Source of the DNA: Alphaproteobacteria bacterium
Lineage (GTDB): Bacteria; Pseudomonadota; Alphaproteobacteria; SMXQ01
DNA: 64,000 nt
Direction of reading: 5' to 3'
Assembly: GCA_046297835.1 (NCBI GenBank)
Contig: JBKBHI010000008.1
Span: forward strand, 76,754 to 140,753
A program made the translations under genes and the position numbers. Below are positions 18,559-28,664 of the stretch, one piece after another (positions within the stretch are counted from its first letter, which is position 1; each line of letters opens with the position of its first letter). The notes under the pieces were generated by a model, which was given only the letters and a program-made list of their open reading frames with translations, ran no database searches and was not told the origin of the DNA.

Positions 18559-20424
18559 TCAGCGGCCCTCGCCGAGCGGCAGCGGCGCTTCGGGGCCGTC
18601 GCCGCGAAGCTTGCCCGCGTCTTGGACGTCCGATTGCAGCAGCGTCTCCAATTCCTCGACCGCTTGGCGCGAGGTTTGCACCATCTGCACCTCGTCCTGA
18701 TAGACCGCGTGCTGCTGGAGCAGGGTCTTTTCGTCGTGAGCGAGAAAGCGCCGCAGGCTGGCGCGCGCCTCGTCGCGCTCGACGCCGAGATCGACGAGCA
18801 GCCGCTCGGACAGGAACAGGCTCGAATAGAGCGTCTCGCGCACATGGCCGGCGATGTCGCGATCCATGAGCAGATGGGCGTGACGCCGGTCGCGCGCGCG
18901 GGCGTAGACGCGCAAATGGGGAAAATGCCGCTGCACCGCGTCGACGACGCGGATCGAGGCGCTCGGATCGGACACCGCCACCACCACGATCTTCGCGCGC
19001 TCCGCGCCCGCCGCGCGCAACAGGTCGGTGCGGGCCGAATCGCCGAAGTAGACCTTGCCGCCGAAGCGGCGGATGACGTCGACCTGCTCGGCCGAATTGT
19101 CGAGCGCGGTGAACGGCACGCCGCGCATCCGCAGCACGCGGCCGACGATCTGGCCGACGCGGCCGAAGCCGCAGATGATGACTTCGGGATTGTCGTCGGC
19201 GATGGCGTCGTAATCGGGCGGCGGCTTGCGCGCGGGCCCGCGCGTCAGCCATTTCTCGTGCAGCGCGAACAGCGGCGGCGTCGCGACCATCGACAGGATC
19301 GCCGCCATGGAAAGCTGCGACGCCAGCGACGCCGGCAAAATGCCGTCGCCCGCCGCGAAGCCGAACAGCACCAGGCCGAATTCGCCGCCTTGCGCCAGCG
19401 CCAACGCGGTGCGGCGGGCCGAGAGCCCGTCCTGCCCGGCGATGCGGGCGAGGCCATAGACCAGCGCGGCTTTGCCCGCGATCAGCGCGACGACGCCGAG
19501 CGCGATCGCCTGCGGCGCGCTGAGCAGCAGCGCGGGATTGAGCGCCATGCCCATGGAGGCGAAGAACAGGCCGAGCAACAAACCTTCGAACGGCTCGATG
19601 TCGGCCCGGATCTCGTGGCGATATTCCGAGTCCGACAGCATGACGCCGGCCAGGAACGCGCCGAGCGACATGGACAAGCCGGCGACATCGGCGAGCAAGG
19701 CCGTGCCGATCACCAGCAACAGGGCCACGGCGGTGTAGAGTTCGCGCGTCTTCACCAAGTCGGCGAGATAGAACAGCGGCCGTACGAGATAGCGTCCGCC
19801 GAGGAAGATCGCCACGACGCAGGCCGCGCCGATGGCGACGCTCTGCCAGCTCGGCGGGGTCGTCGCCTCGCCCGAGGCGAGAAACGGCAACAGCGCCACC
19901 GCCGGGATGAAAATGAGGTCTTGGAACAGCAGCACGCCGAGGCCGTCGCGCCCCGGGGGCAGGCCGAGCATGTCGCGCTCGGCGAGCAGCGGCAGCACCA
20001 GCGCCGTCGACGACATGGCGAGACCAAGGCCGACGACGACCGCTGCCTGCCAAGCCAGGCCGAGCCAAAGCGCGACGCCGCCCAACAGCGCGGCGGTGAC
20101 GGCGACTTGCGCGCCGCCGAACAGGAAAACGCTGCGCCGCATCACCCACAGGCGCGCCGGCTTCAGCTCCAGCCCGATCAGGAACAGCAGCATGACCACG
20201 CCGAGTTCGGCGATGTGGCGCGCCGTCTCGCTATCCTCGATTAGCGCCAAGCCGCTCGGACCGACGACGATGCCGGCGATCAGATAGCCGATGATGCCGC
20301 CGACGCCGGCGCGTTTGGCCGCCGGCACGGCGATCACCGCGGCGACCAGCAGGACGACGATGGGGAGAAGAAGCGTATCCACGGCGGCACCCGAAGCTGA
20401 CGCGGGCAGCCCCGCGCCGCCCAT
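18559..20424 (-). CDS. Glutathione-regulated K+ efflux antiporter, CPA2 family with C-terminal RCK/TrkA-N domain (KefB/KefC-like)
   Basis: 621 aa. Na+/H+ exchanger membrane domain followed by a Rossmann-like IICGFGRVGQIVGRVL motif. Confidence 0.85.
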   Translation of the reverse strand: MGGAGLPASASGAAVDTLLLPIVVLLVAAVIAVPAAKRAGVGGIIGYLIAGIVVGPSGLALIEDSETARHIAELGVVMLLFLIGLELKPARLWVMRRSVFLFGGAQVAVTAALLGGVALWLGLAWQAAVVVGLGLAMSSTALVLPLLAERDMLGLPPGRDGLGVLLFQDLIFIPAVALLPFLASGEATTPPSWQSVAIGAACVVAIFLGGRYLVRPLFYLADLVKTRELYTAVALLLVIGTALLADVAGLSMSLGAFLAGVMLSDSEYRHEIRADIEPFEGLLLGLFFASMGMALNPALLLSAPQAIALGVVALIAGKAALVYGLARIAGQDGLSARRTALALAQGGEFGLVLFGFAAGDGILPASLASQLSMAAILSMVATPPLFALHEKWLTRGPARKPPPDYDAIADDNPEVIICGFGRVGQIVGRVLRMRGVPFTALDNSAEQVDVIRRFGGKVYFGDSARTDLLRAAGAERAKIVVVAVSDPSASIRVVDAVQRHFPHLRVYARARDRRHAHLLMDRDIAGHVRETLYSSLFLSERLLVDLGVERDEARASLRRFLAHDEKTLLQQHAVYQDEVQMVQTSRQAVEELETLLQSDVQDAGKLRGDGPEAPLPLGEGR

Positions 20425-20471
20425 TATAGAGCCATCGCGGCGCTTAGCCTATGGCAGCTCTCGCGCTGACG

Positions 20472-21395
20472 TCAGTCCGCCCAGGCCGCGCGCGCGTCTT
20501 TCGACACCACCTCGTCGAAGGCCGGCGCGCCCTTGAGAATGCCGATGTCGCGGGAAAACGCGTTCATCCCGGACACGAAGGATTCGGAAATCGCCGGATC
20601 GTAATAGGGCAGATCGCGGCGGATCAGTTCGGCGATCAGCTCGGCCTCCGACGCCGGAAAATGCTTGCGCCCGACTTTGGTGGCGAGCGACAGGTCGGCT
20701 TTCAGCGCCGCATGGGTCTTTTTGATGGCGCGCACCGCCGCGCCGGCCAGTTTGGGATTGGCCTGGATCAAAGCGTCGGTCGTCGCCAGCGACGCCATCG
20801 TATAATCGAAACATTCCTTCGGGCCGTCGCCGCGCCGCACGTCCAGCACCACCGTGCCCGCCCCACTTTTCACCGCCACTTCGGTGCCCATGCCGTTGGC
20901 CCAGAAGCCGTCGATCTTGCCTTCGCCCAGCGCCTTGGCGGCGGTGACGCCGAAATTGACGCCGGCCCCGACCGCGCCCGGCACCGGCGCGATGGTGACG
21001 TTGTCGCGCGCGATGTCGATGCCGCCGGCTTTCAACAAGCCGCGCAGGCCCATCTCGACCCAGGGCGCGGCGCCGATGCTCTTGCCTTTCACCACCGACA
21101 GATCGCCGCGCTTGGCGTTCAGATCGGCGCGCATGACGAGGAACCAGTACATGCCCTGCGCCTGGGCGCAGAGCAATTTGACGCCCTGCCATTCGGGAAA
21201 GGCGGCGAGCGCCGAATGGGCCGAGCCGCCGACGAAATGGATGTTGCCGTCGCGCAGCTCGCGATAGGCGCGGTCCACCGGAAAGATCATCTCGAATTCG
21301 ACGTCGAGCCCCTCAGCTGCGAAAAAGCCAAGCTCGACGGCGGCGACCGCCGGGAAATAGGAATTGGAGATGAGATCGGGGACGGCGAGTTTCAT
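20472..21395 (-). CDS. ABC transporter substrate-binding protein, NMT1/THI5 (NitT/TauT) family
   Basis: Start MKLAVPDLISNSYFPAVAAVE inside the long ORF 20472..22451, whose upstream part overlaps the amidase gene in another frame. 308 aa. Confidence 0.7.
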   Translation of the reverse strand: MKLAVPDLISNSYFPAVAAVELGFFAAEGLDVEFEMIFPVDRAYRELRDGNIHFVGGSAHSALAAFPEWQGVKLLCAQAQGMYWFLVMRADLNAKRGDLSVVKGKSIGAAPWVEMGLRGLLKAGGIDIARDNVTIAPVPGAVGAGVNFGVTAAKALGEGKIDGFWANGMGTEVAVKSGAGTVVLDVRRGDGPKECFDYTMASLATTDALIQANPKLAGAAVRAIKKTHAALKADLSLATKVGRKHFPASEAELIAELIRRDLPYYDPAISESFVSGMNAFSRDIGILKGAPAFDEVVSKDARAAWAD

Positions 21396-21448
21396 GTCGC
21401 GAAAGCTCCAGCTGCGGAAAAACGAGGCGCTATAGGGCCAGAGAACGC

Positions 21449-22795
21449 CTATGGCCGCAAGACGTCGCAGATGCCGCCGGCCAGCGCCATCGCCATCGCG
21501 TCCTGGCCGATGAAGCCGAGCAGCTGCAAGCCGAGCGGCAGGCCGCCGATGTCGAACAGCGGCAGCGACAGCGCCGGCACGCCGAGCAACGAGCCCGGCA
21601 CGGCGAACGCCGGATCGCCGGTGAGCGTGCCCTTCGGCGCGGGACCGGTGGCGGCGAGCGTGATACAGCCGTCGTAGCGCGCCGCCAAAGCCGCATATTG
21701 CGCGCGGAGCGCCGCGCGGCGCTTGAGCGCGTCGCGATATTGCTCGGGCTTGATCGTGATCGCCTGCGCCAGCCGCTCGCGCATGGCTTGGCTCAGCAGG
21801 CTGGCGTCCTTCGCATAAAAGACGTTGAGCGGCCAGCGCGATTCGTAGGCGTTGATGCGGCGCGTCAGCTCCCACGCCTCGCGCAGCGCGCGCTCCATCA
21901 GATGCAGTTCGGCGTCTTGCTTGCGCGCGACGATCTCGACGCCGCCGGCAGCGAGCCGCTCCGCCGCATCGAGCAAGACCGCCTTGGCCGCGTCCTCCGC
22001 GAGCTCCCAGCCGGGCGTTTCGAGCAGCGCCAAGCGTTTCGGCCTTTTGGCGATGGGCACGACGGCGGGACCGATCAAGCCATCGTGGCCCGGATCGCCG
22101 CCGGCGCGGCTGGCGATCGCCTGCGCCACCGCCCAAACGTCTTCCAAAGTGGCGGCGATCACGCCTTGCACGCTCTGGCTGAGGAAATCGAGGCTGCCGC
22201 CGCGGTTGATCGCGCCAAGGCTCGGCTTGAAGCCGAACGCGCCGCAATAGCTCGACGGCCGCACGATGGAGCCGACGACCTGGGTGCCGAGCGCGGCGCT
22301 CAACATGCCGCAGCCGACGGCGGCGGCCGAGCCGCTGCTCGATCCGCCCGGCGTGCGCGCCGTGTCGAACGGGTTGCGCGTCTTGCCCGGCTCGGTGGCG
22401 GCGAACTCCGTCGTCACCGTCTTGCCGACGATCACGGCCCCCGCCTCGCACAAGGCTTTCACGCTCGCCGAATCATGGCGCGGCCGGTAATCGGCGAACA
22501 GCGGCGAGCCCATGCCGGTCGGCAGTTCGGCGGTCTCGATGATGTCTTTGACGCCGACCGGCATGCCGTCGATGGTCGACAGCGGCCGGCCGCTCTCCCA
22601 CCGTCCGCTCGACGCGTCGGCGGCGAGGCGCGCGGCGCGCAGGTCCGTCGCCTCGAACGCCTGCACCGCCGGTTCGAGCGCCGCCATCGTCTCCAGGCAG
22701 CGTTCGAGAAAGGCGCGCGGGCTATCCTTGCCGAGGGCGAAAGCCTCGGTCGCGGCCAGGTAAGGCCGCCGCTGGGTCGTCGGAGAGTTCGTCAT
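21449..22795 (-). CDS. Amidase (amidase-signature family)
   Basis: 448 aa. AS-family GGSSSGSAAAV motif and Ser-cisSer-Lys region. Confidence 0.85.
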   Translation of the reverse strand: MTNSPTTQRRPYLAATEAFALGKDSPRAFLERCLETMAALEPAVQAFEATDLRAARLAADASSGRWESGRPLSTIDGMPVGVKDIIETAELPTGMGSPLFADYRPRHDSASVKALCEAGAVIVGKTVTTEFAATEPGKTRNPFDTARTPGGSSSGSAAAVGCGMLSAALGTQVVGSIVRPSSYCGAFGFKPSLGAINRGGSLDFLSQSVQGVIAATLEDVWAVAQAIASRAGGDPGHDGLIGPAVVPIAKRPKRLALLETPGWELAEDAAKAVLLDAAERLAAGGVEIVARKQDAELHLMERALREAWELTRRINAYESRWPLNVFYAKDASLLSQAMRERLAQAITIKPEQYRDALKRRAALRAQYAALAARYDGCITLAATGPAPKGTLTGDPAFAVPGSLLGVPALSLPLFDIGGLPLGLQLLGFIGQDAMAMALAGGICDVLRP

Positions 22796-22844
22796 GGCCG
22801 CAGTCTAATCGCGGAGCCGCGCGCGAGTCGAGCGAGGCGCGCGT

Positions 22845-24293
22845 TCATGCCTTCGTCGGCGGCTGCCCCATGCCGACGAGACGCGCCATGAACAGCGCGG
22901 CGCAGACCAGCGGCAGGATGCCCACGGCGAACACCATGCTGGAGGCGTGGCTCACCGCTGCCGGATCGCTCACCGTGCCGAGGCCGGCGAGATTGGCGAT
23001 GAGGCCCGACACCGCCGCGCCGAACGCCGTGCCGAGCGAGCGGATCGACGGCAGCGACGAGGCCGTGACGCTCTCCTCGCCGGGCATGGCGAACGCCATG
23101 GTGCGCGAGGAGAGGTTGACATGGTGCAGGCCGATGCCGAGCCCGTAGAAGCAGGCCGCCGCGGTGAGCAGCGGCAGCGACATGATCCAGGTGCCGACGA
23201 CCAGCGCGACCGCGCCGCTCAGCATCAGCAGCGGGCCGCTCTGCAAGGCGATCGCTTCGCGCCGCCCCGTCCAGCCCGCGACGATGAAGGTGCCGAGGGT
23301 CCAGCCGGCGGAAATCAGGATCGTCAGATAGCTGATGAGCAGCGGCGTCACGCCGTAGACCACTTGCAGCAGCAGCGGCAGGAACAACGTGATCGCGCTC
23401 TGCGTCAGGCCGGCGACGAACATGATCCAGAGCGCGAGCCCGACCGGCGAGCGCAGCGACAAGAGGCCCGAAGGATAAAGCCGGTTGCCCGATTTCGCGT
23501 CGAGCCGGAACGCGCCCCAGACCAGCGCCACGCCGGCGACGATGAAGATGACGCGCAGCAGGTTCGAGTCCGCCGGCCCCGCCCCGGCGATCGCCAGCAC
23601 GCCGACGGTGAGCAGCGCGAAGCGGAACGCCGGGAAGGTCGCCGTCGCCGCTTTGCCCGTCAGTTCGCTGGTCTTGGGAATCCGCAGCCAGATCAGCAGA
23701 TTGAGCGGCACCAGGAACAGCAGCATCGTCCAGAACGAGCCGCGCCACCAGCCGATGTCGGCGAAGACGCCGCCGACCACCGGGCCGAGCAGCTGCGCCA
23801 CCATCCAGGTGCTCTGATAGATCGACAGCACGCGCGCGCGCTGCTTGCCGGTGAAGACCGCGCTCACCAGGTCCATGCCGCCGCCGACCACGAGGCCGCC
23901 GGCGAAGCCCTGCACGGTGCGCGCGGCGACGAGCGAGCCCATGTCCGGGGCCAGCGCGCAAGCGACCGCGCCGACCGCGAAGCCGAAGCCGGCCAGCGCC
24001 AGGCCGTTGCGCCGCCCCAGCTTGCGCCAGACCGGACCCATGGCGGCCGCGCCCAGAATGGCCCCCACCGCGTAAAGCATCGAGGCCCAGGTGTAGAAGG
24101 ACGCGCCGCCGATGTCGGCCACCACCGTCGGCATGATGATCGCCATGACCAGGATCTGCAGGGCATGGACAATGACGCCGAGCACGATCAGGGCGACGTA
24201 GGTGCCTTTGCCGTCGCGAAACAGCTCGGCGTAGCTGTCGGTCGGATCGGCCGCGGATGACGAATGATGAGACATGCGAGTCCGGCTTAGCAC
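22845..24293 (-). CDS. MFS transporter
   Basis: 482 aa with about 12-14 TM helices. Start may be the internal MSHHSSS. Confidence 0.8.
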   Translation of the reverse strand: MLSRTRMSHHSSSAADPTDSYAELFRDGKGTYVALIVLGVIVHALQILVMAIIMPTVVADIGGASFYTWASMLYAVGAILGAAAMGPVWRKLGRRNGLALAGFGFAVGAVACALAPDMGSLVAARTVQGFAGGLVVGGGMDLVSAVFTGKQRARVLSIYQSTWMVAQLLGPVVGGVFADIGWWRGSFWTMLLFLVPLNLLIWLRIPKTSELTGKAATATFPAFRFALLTVGVLAIAGAGPADSNLLRVIFIVAGVALVWGAFRLDAKSGNRLYPSGLLSLRSPVGLALWIMFVAGLTQSAITLFLPLLLQVVYGVTPLLISYLTILISAGWTLGTFIVAGWTGRREAIALQSGPLLMLSGAVALVVGTWIMSLPLLTAAACFYGLGIGLHHVNLSSRTMAFAMPGEESVTASSLPSIRSLGTAFGAAVSGLIANLAGLGTVSDPAAVSHASSMVFAVGILPLVCAALFMARLVGMGQPPTKA

Positions 24294-24364
24294 GGGCTGC
24301 CGGCCGGTTGGAACGCAGGAGTGCGAAACGCCTCGACGCGCGGATCGACCTTGCTTGCCCGATT

Positions 24365-24381
24365 ATGTTGCGTCGCAACAT
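24365..24381. promoter_or_regulatory. Perfect 17-bp palindrome ATGTTGCG-T-CGCAACAT followed by a T7 run, in the MFS/pckG divergent region
   Basis: Read directly: atgttgcgtcgcaacat then atatttttttgag. Candidate dimeric regulator operator about 70 bp upstream of the MFS gene. Confidence 0.35.
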
Positions 24382-24779
24382 ATATTTTTTTGAGCTCTGA
24401 AACGGCGTCCCATTTTTCGTCCCCGCCCAAGCCCGCAGGGGCGTCAAACCCGCCGTACTCCACGCGCTTTTCGCCGCGCCGTGGCCACTACTGTCGCGAA
24501 CGGCCCTAACGCCCGGTTTTTGCTCTTAAATTGACAGTTGAGAATGGTTCTTGAATCTGGTGTTTGGTGCTCGTATGTCATGGTCTTGCGCGGCCGCGTC
24601 GCGCGCGAAACGAATCGGACCCAACGACGCCGTCGAGGGGTCATTTTCAGTATGCCAGCCGTGCGCTTGTGTCCGTTGACGCCAGGACGGCGCTCTGCTT
24701 TTCATAGCCCCGGACCGGGCGGGGCGAGCCGAGTGCGCGCCGCCCGGCCATTGCTTTTCAGTCTAGGAGACCTGCGTTA

Positions 24780-26621
24780 ATGACGACCTCCGTTCCGGGC
24801 CTCAGCCCCGCGCCGACCAACCATAAGAAGCTGGTGGAATGGGTGGCGCAGATCGCCGCCATCACCAAGCCGCACAGCGTGCATTGGTGCGACGGCTCGG
24901 ACGCCGAATACAATCTCCTAGTCGACCGCCTGCTCGCCACCGGCACGTTGCGCGAGTTGAACGCGGACAAGCGCCCGAACTCCTATTACGCCGCCTCCGA
25001 CCCGCGCGACGTCGCCCGCGTCGAGAGCCGCACCTACATCTGCTCCGAGAAGCAGGACGACGCCGGCCCGACCAACAATTGGATGGCCCCGGCCGAGATG
25101 CGCAAGACGCTCGCGCCGCTGTTCGACGGCTGCATGCGCGGCCGCACCATGTATGTCGTGCCGTTCTGCATGGGCCCGCTCGGCTCGAAGATCAGCGCGC
25201 TCGGCGTCGAGATCACCGACAGCGCCTACGTCGCCGCCTCGATGCGCATCATGACCCGCATGGGCAAGGCGGCGCTCGACCAGCTCGGCGACGACGGCTT
25301 CTTCGTGCCCGCCGTCCACACGCTCGGCGCGCCGCTGAAGCCCGGCGAGAAGGACGTGCCGTGGCCGTGCAACGAGACGAAATACATCGTGCACTTCCCC
25401 GAGACGCGCGAGATCTGGTCCTACGGCTCGGGCTACGGCGGCAACGCCCTGCTCGGCAAGAAGTGCTACGCGCTGCGCATCGCGTCGGTGATGGCGCGCG
25501 ACGAAGGCTGGTTCGCCGAGCATATGCTGATCCTCAAGCTCACCTCGCCCAAGGGCCAAGTGCGCTACATCGCCGCGGCCTTCCCGAGCGCCTGCGGCAA
25601 GACCAATCTCGCCATGCTCCAGCCGACCATTCCGGGCTGGAAGGCCGAGATGATCGGCGACGACATCTGCTGGATGCGCTACGGCGACGACGGCCGTCTC
25701 TACGCCATCAATCCGGAATTCGGCCTGTTCGGCGTGGCGCCGGGCACCAGCGCCAAGACCAACAAGAACGCCATCGACGCGCTGTATGCCAACACGGTCT
25801 ACACCAACGTCGCCCTCACGCCGGACAACGACGTGTGGTGGGAAGGTCTGACCAAGGAGCCGCCGGCCGGCCTGATCGACTGGAAGGGCAACCCCTGGTC
25901 GCCCGAGAAGGGCACCGCCGCCGCCCATCCCAACGCGCGCTTCACCGTGCCGGCCAGCCAGTGCCCGAATATCGCGCCGGAATGGAACGACCCGAAGGGC
26001 GTGCCGATCTCGGCCATCCTGTTCGGCGGCCGCCGCGCCACCGCGGTGCCGCTGGTGACGGAAGCCTTCGACTGGCAGCACGGCGTGTTCCTCGCCTCCA
26101 ACGTCGCCTCGGAAGGCACGGCGGCGGCCGAGAACAAGATCGGCGAAATCCGCCGCGACCCGTTCGCCATGCTGCCGTTCTGCGGCTACAACATGGCCGA
26201 TTATTTCGGCCATTGGCTCAAGACCGGCAAGAAGAGCGCGGCCGACAAGCTGCCGCGCATCTACTTCGTCAACTGGTTCCGCAAGGACAAGGCCGGCAAG
26301 TTCGTGTGGCCGGGCTTCGGCGACAATAGCCGCGTGCTGAAGTGGATCTGCGAGCGCCTCGACGGCACGGCCGACGCGGTCGAGACGCCGATCGGTCTGC
26401 TCCCGACCAAGGACGCGCTCGACACTTCCGGCCTCGACATCACCGACGAGCAGCTCGATCTGCTGCTGACCGTCGATACCGAGGTCTGGAAGGAAGAAGC
26501 CGCGCTGATCCCCGAAGGCTACAAGATCTTCGGCGACAAGCTGCCGGGCGAGCTGTGGAAAGAATACGAGGCGCTCGTCCAGCGCCTCGAATCGGGCCAG
26601 AAGCGCAAGGCCGTCGGCTAA
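24780..26621 (+). CDS. pckG: Phosphoenolpyruvate carboxykinase (GTP)
   Basis: 613 aa. GTP-PEPCK motifs ([31 protein letters not shown]). AGGAG RBS. Confidence 0.93.
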   Translation: MTTSVPGLSPAPTNHKKLVEWVAQIAAITKPHSVHWCDGSDAEYNLLVDRLLATGTLRELNADKRPNSYYAASDPRDVARVESRTYICSEKQDDAGPTNNWMAPAEMRKTLAPLFDGCMRGRTMYVVPFCMGPLGSKISALGVEITDSAYVAASMRIMTRMGKAALDQLGDDGFFVPAVHTLGAPLKPGEKDVPWPCNETKYIVHFPETREIWSYGSGYGGNALLGKKCYALRIASVMARDEGWFAEHMLILKLTSPKGQVRYIAAAFPSACGKTNLAMLQPTIPGWKAEMIGDDICWMRYGDDGRLYAINPEFGLFGVAPGTSAKTNKNAIDALYANTVYTNVALTPDNDVWWEGLTKEPPAGLIDWKGNPWSPEKGTAAAHPNARFTVPASQCPNIAPEWNDPKGVPISAILFGGRRATAVPLVTEAFDWQHGVFLASNVASEGTAAAENKIGEIRRDPFAMLPFCGYNMADYFGHWLKTGKKSAADKLPRIYFVNWFRKDKAGKFVWPGFGDNSRVLKWICERLDGTADAVETPIGLLPTKDALDTSGLDITDEQLDLLLTVDTEVWKEEAALIPEGYKIFGDKLPGELWKEYEALVQRLESGQKRKAVG

Positions 26622-26645
26622 GCGCCACGCGATAGGGACGACGAA

Positions 26646-26675
26646 GGGCGGTGGAGCGATCCACCGCCCTTTCGC
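26646..26675 (+). terminator. Rho-independent terminator downstream of pckG
   Basis: GGGCGGTGGA-gcga-TCCACCGCCC then TTTCGCTTC. 10-bp perfect stem. Confidence 0.65.
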
Positions 26676-26807
26676 TTCGCCGGCCGCTTTGAGAGATCGC
26701 CGCGGCGCATGGCTGCGCCGCTGCGATCGCATCGCTCGAACGCGAGCGCTCTGCTAGACTTCATCCGCTTGAACGGCCGTCCAGGGGGGAGGCCCTCGAG
26801 GGTCGAC

Positions 26808-28508
26808 ATGAACGCCAGTCCCGCAGAGCCGAGCGTCGCCGAGCTCTATACGCCGAAGCTGATCACCGTCCTGCGCGAAGGCTACGGCCTCGCCGACCTG
26901 CGCGCCGACGCGCTCTCCGGCCTTACCGTCGCCATCGTCGCACTGCCGCTCTCAATGGCCATCGCCATCGCCTCCGGCGTCGGACCGGAGCGCGGGCTCT
27001 ACACCGCCATCGTCGGCGGTTTTCTCGTCTCGCTGCTGAGCGGCAGCCGCTTCCAGATCGGCGGGCCGGCCGGCGCGTTCATCGTGCTGGTCGCCACCAC
27101 CGTGCTGCAGCACGGGCTCGACGGTCTGTTGCTCGCCACCTTCGTCTCTGGCCTGTTTCTGGCCCTCGCCGGCGCGTTCAGGCTCGGCACCTTCGTCAAA
27201 TACATCCCCTTCCCCGTCACCGTCGGCTTCACCGCCGGCATCGCCGCCATCATCGCCGCCAGCCAACTGAAGGAGGCGTTCGGACTGACGCTGCCCGGCG
27301 TCGAGCCGGCGGCCCTCCTGCCCAAGCTCGAAGCGCTGTGGCAGGCGCGCCCGACCTTCAACGCCGCTACCGCCGGCCTGACCGCCCTCACCGTGGCTTT
27401 GATCGTCGGCATCAAGCGCTTCGATTCGCGCTGGCCCAACCTCCTGCTCGCCGTCGCCGCCGCCACGCTCGCCGCCGCGCTGCTCGATCTGCCGGTCGAG
27501 ACCATCGCCAGCCGCTTCGGCGCCATGCCGAACTCGCTGCCCGCCCCCGCCCTGCCCGCCTTCGACCTGCCGAAACTGATAGCCGTCCTGCCCAATGCCG
27601 CCGCCTTCGCGCTGCTCGGCAGCATCGAAAGCCTGCTGTCCGCCGTAGTCGCGGACAGCATGACCGGCCGGCGGCATCGCTCGAATTGCGAGCTGATCGC
27701 GCAAGGCGTCGCCAACGTCGGCTCGGCGCTGTTCGGCGGCATCTGCGTCACCGGCGCCATCGCGCGCACGGCGACCAACGTGCGCTCGGGCGCGCGCGGC
27801 CCGGTCGCCGGCATTCTGCATTCCCTGTTCCTGCTGCTGTTCATCTGGATCGCCGCGCCGCTCGCCGGCTACATCCCGCTCGCCGCGCTGGCCGGCGTGC
27901 TGATCGTCGTCGCCTGGAACATGGTCGAGCGCCACCAGATCGCCGCCCTGCTGCGCGCCTCGCGCGGCGAGGCCCTGGTGCTGCTCGTCACCCTGACGCT
28001 GACGATTTTCCGCGATCTGACCGAAGGCATCGTCGCCGGCTTTGCGCTCAGCGCGCTCCTCTTCATCCACCGCATGGGTCAGTCGGTCGCCGTCGAGGCC
28101 GCCATGCCGCGGATTGAGCCCGACAGCGCCGACGGCGGCGACAAGACCCGCTACGCCGAAGCCACCGTCACCGACCGCGATATCGTCGTCTATCGCATCT
28201 CCGGCGCGTTTTTCTTCGGGGCGGCCGCCTCGGTGGCGGCGGCGCTTGACCGCGTCGGCGTCCAGCCTAAAGCTTATGTCATCGACTTCTCCGCCGTCAC
28301 CGTCATCGATTCCACCGGGGCCAGCGCCATCGACGGCTTTCGCCGCAAGGCGGCAGCGCAGCGCGCCCGCCTGGTGCTCGCCGGCGCGCGCCCCGCCATC
28401 GAGCGGATGCTGTGGATTCACGGCGTTCGCCCGCCCGACGTCGCTTTCATGCAGTCGGTGGACGACGCCATCGCCGCGCTGCGCGGCAACGGCGTGACAT
28501 CGACGTAA
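26808..28508 (+). CDS. SulP family inorganic anion transporter with C-terminal STAS domain
   Basis: Start MNASPAE (GGGGGAGG upstream) inside ORF 26709..28508. Sulfate permease signature region GLTVAIVALPLSMAIAIASGV. STAS domain at the C-terminus. Confidence 0.85.
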   Translation: MNASPAEPSVAELYTPKLITVLREGYGLADLRADALSGLTVAIVALPLSMAIAIASGVGPERGLYTAIVGGFLVSLLSGSRFQIGGPAGAFIVLVATTVLQHGLDGLLLATFVSGLFLALAGAFRLGTFVKYIPFPVTVGFTAGIAAIIAASQLKEAFGLTLPGVEPAALLPKLEALWQARPTFNAATAGLTALTVALIVGIKRFDSRWPNLLLAVAAATLAAALLDLPVETIASRFGAMPNSLPAPALPAFDLPKLIAVLPNAAAFALLGSIESLLSAVVADSMTGRRHRSNCELIAQGVANVGSALFGGICVTGAIARTATNVRSGARGPVAGILHSLFLLLFIWIAAPLAGYIPLAALAGVLIVVAWNMVERHQIAALLRASRGEALVLLVTLTLTIFRDLTEGIVAGFALSALLFIHRMGQSVAVEAAMPRIEPDSADGGDKTRYAEATVTDRDIVVYRISGAFFFGAAASVAAALDRVGVQPKAYVIDFSAVTVIDSTGASAIDGFRRKAAAQRARLVLAGARPAIERMLWIHGVRPPDVAFMQSVDDAIAALRGNGVTST

Positions 28509-28664
28509 AACCAGCCGCCGCGCCTTTCCCGAACGCCGCCGCTGGGGTAAATTGGCGGTTGTCTTGCCGCGTCCGCCGCCCCATCTCCTGCGTTCGGACG
28601 TTCCTCCCCGCCGCGCCGCGCGGTTACTGTGCCGTAAGGCCGCCGCCGTTCACAGGATGCCATC

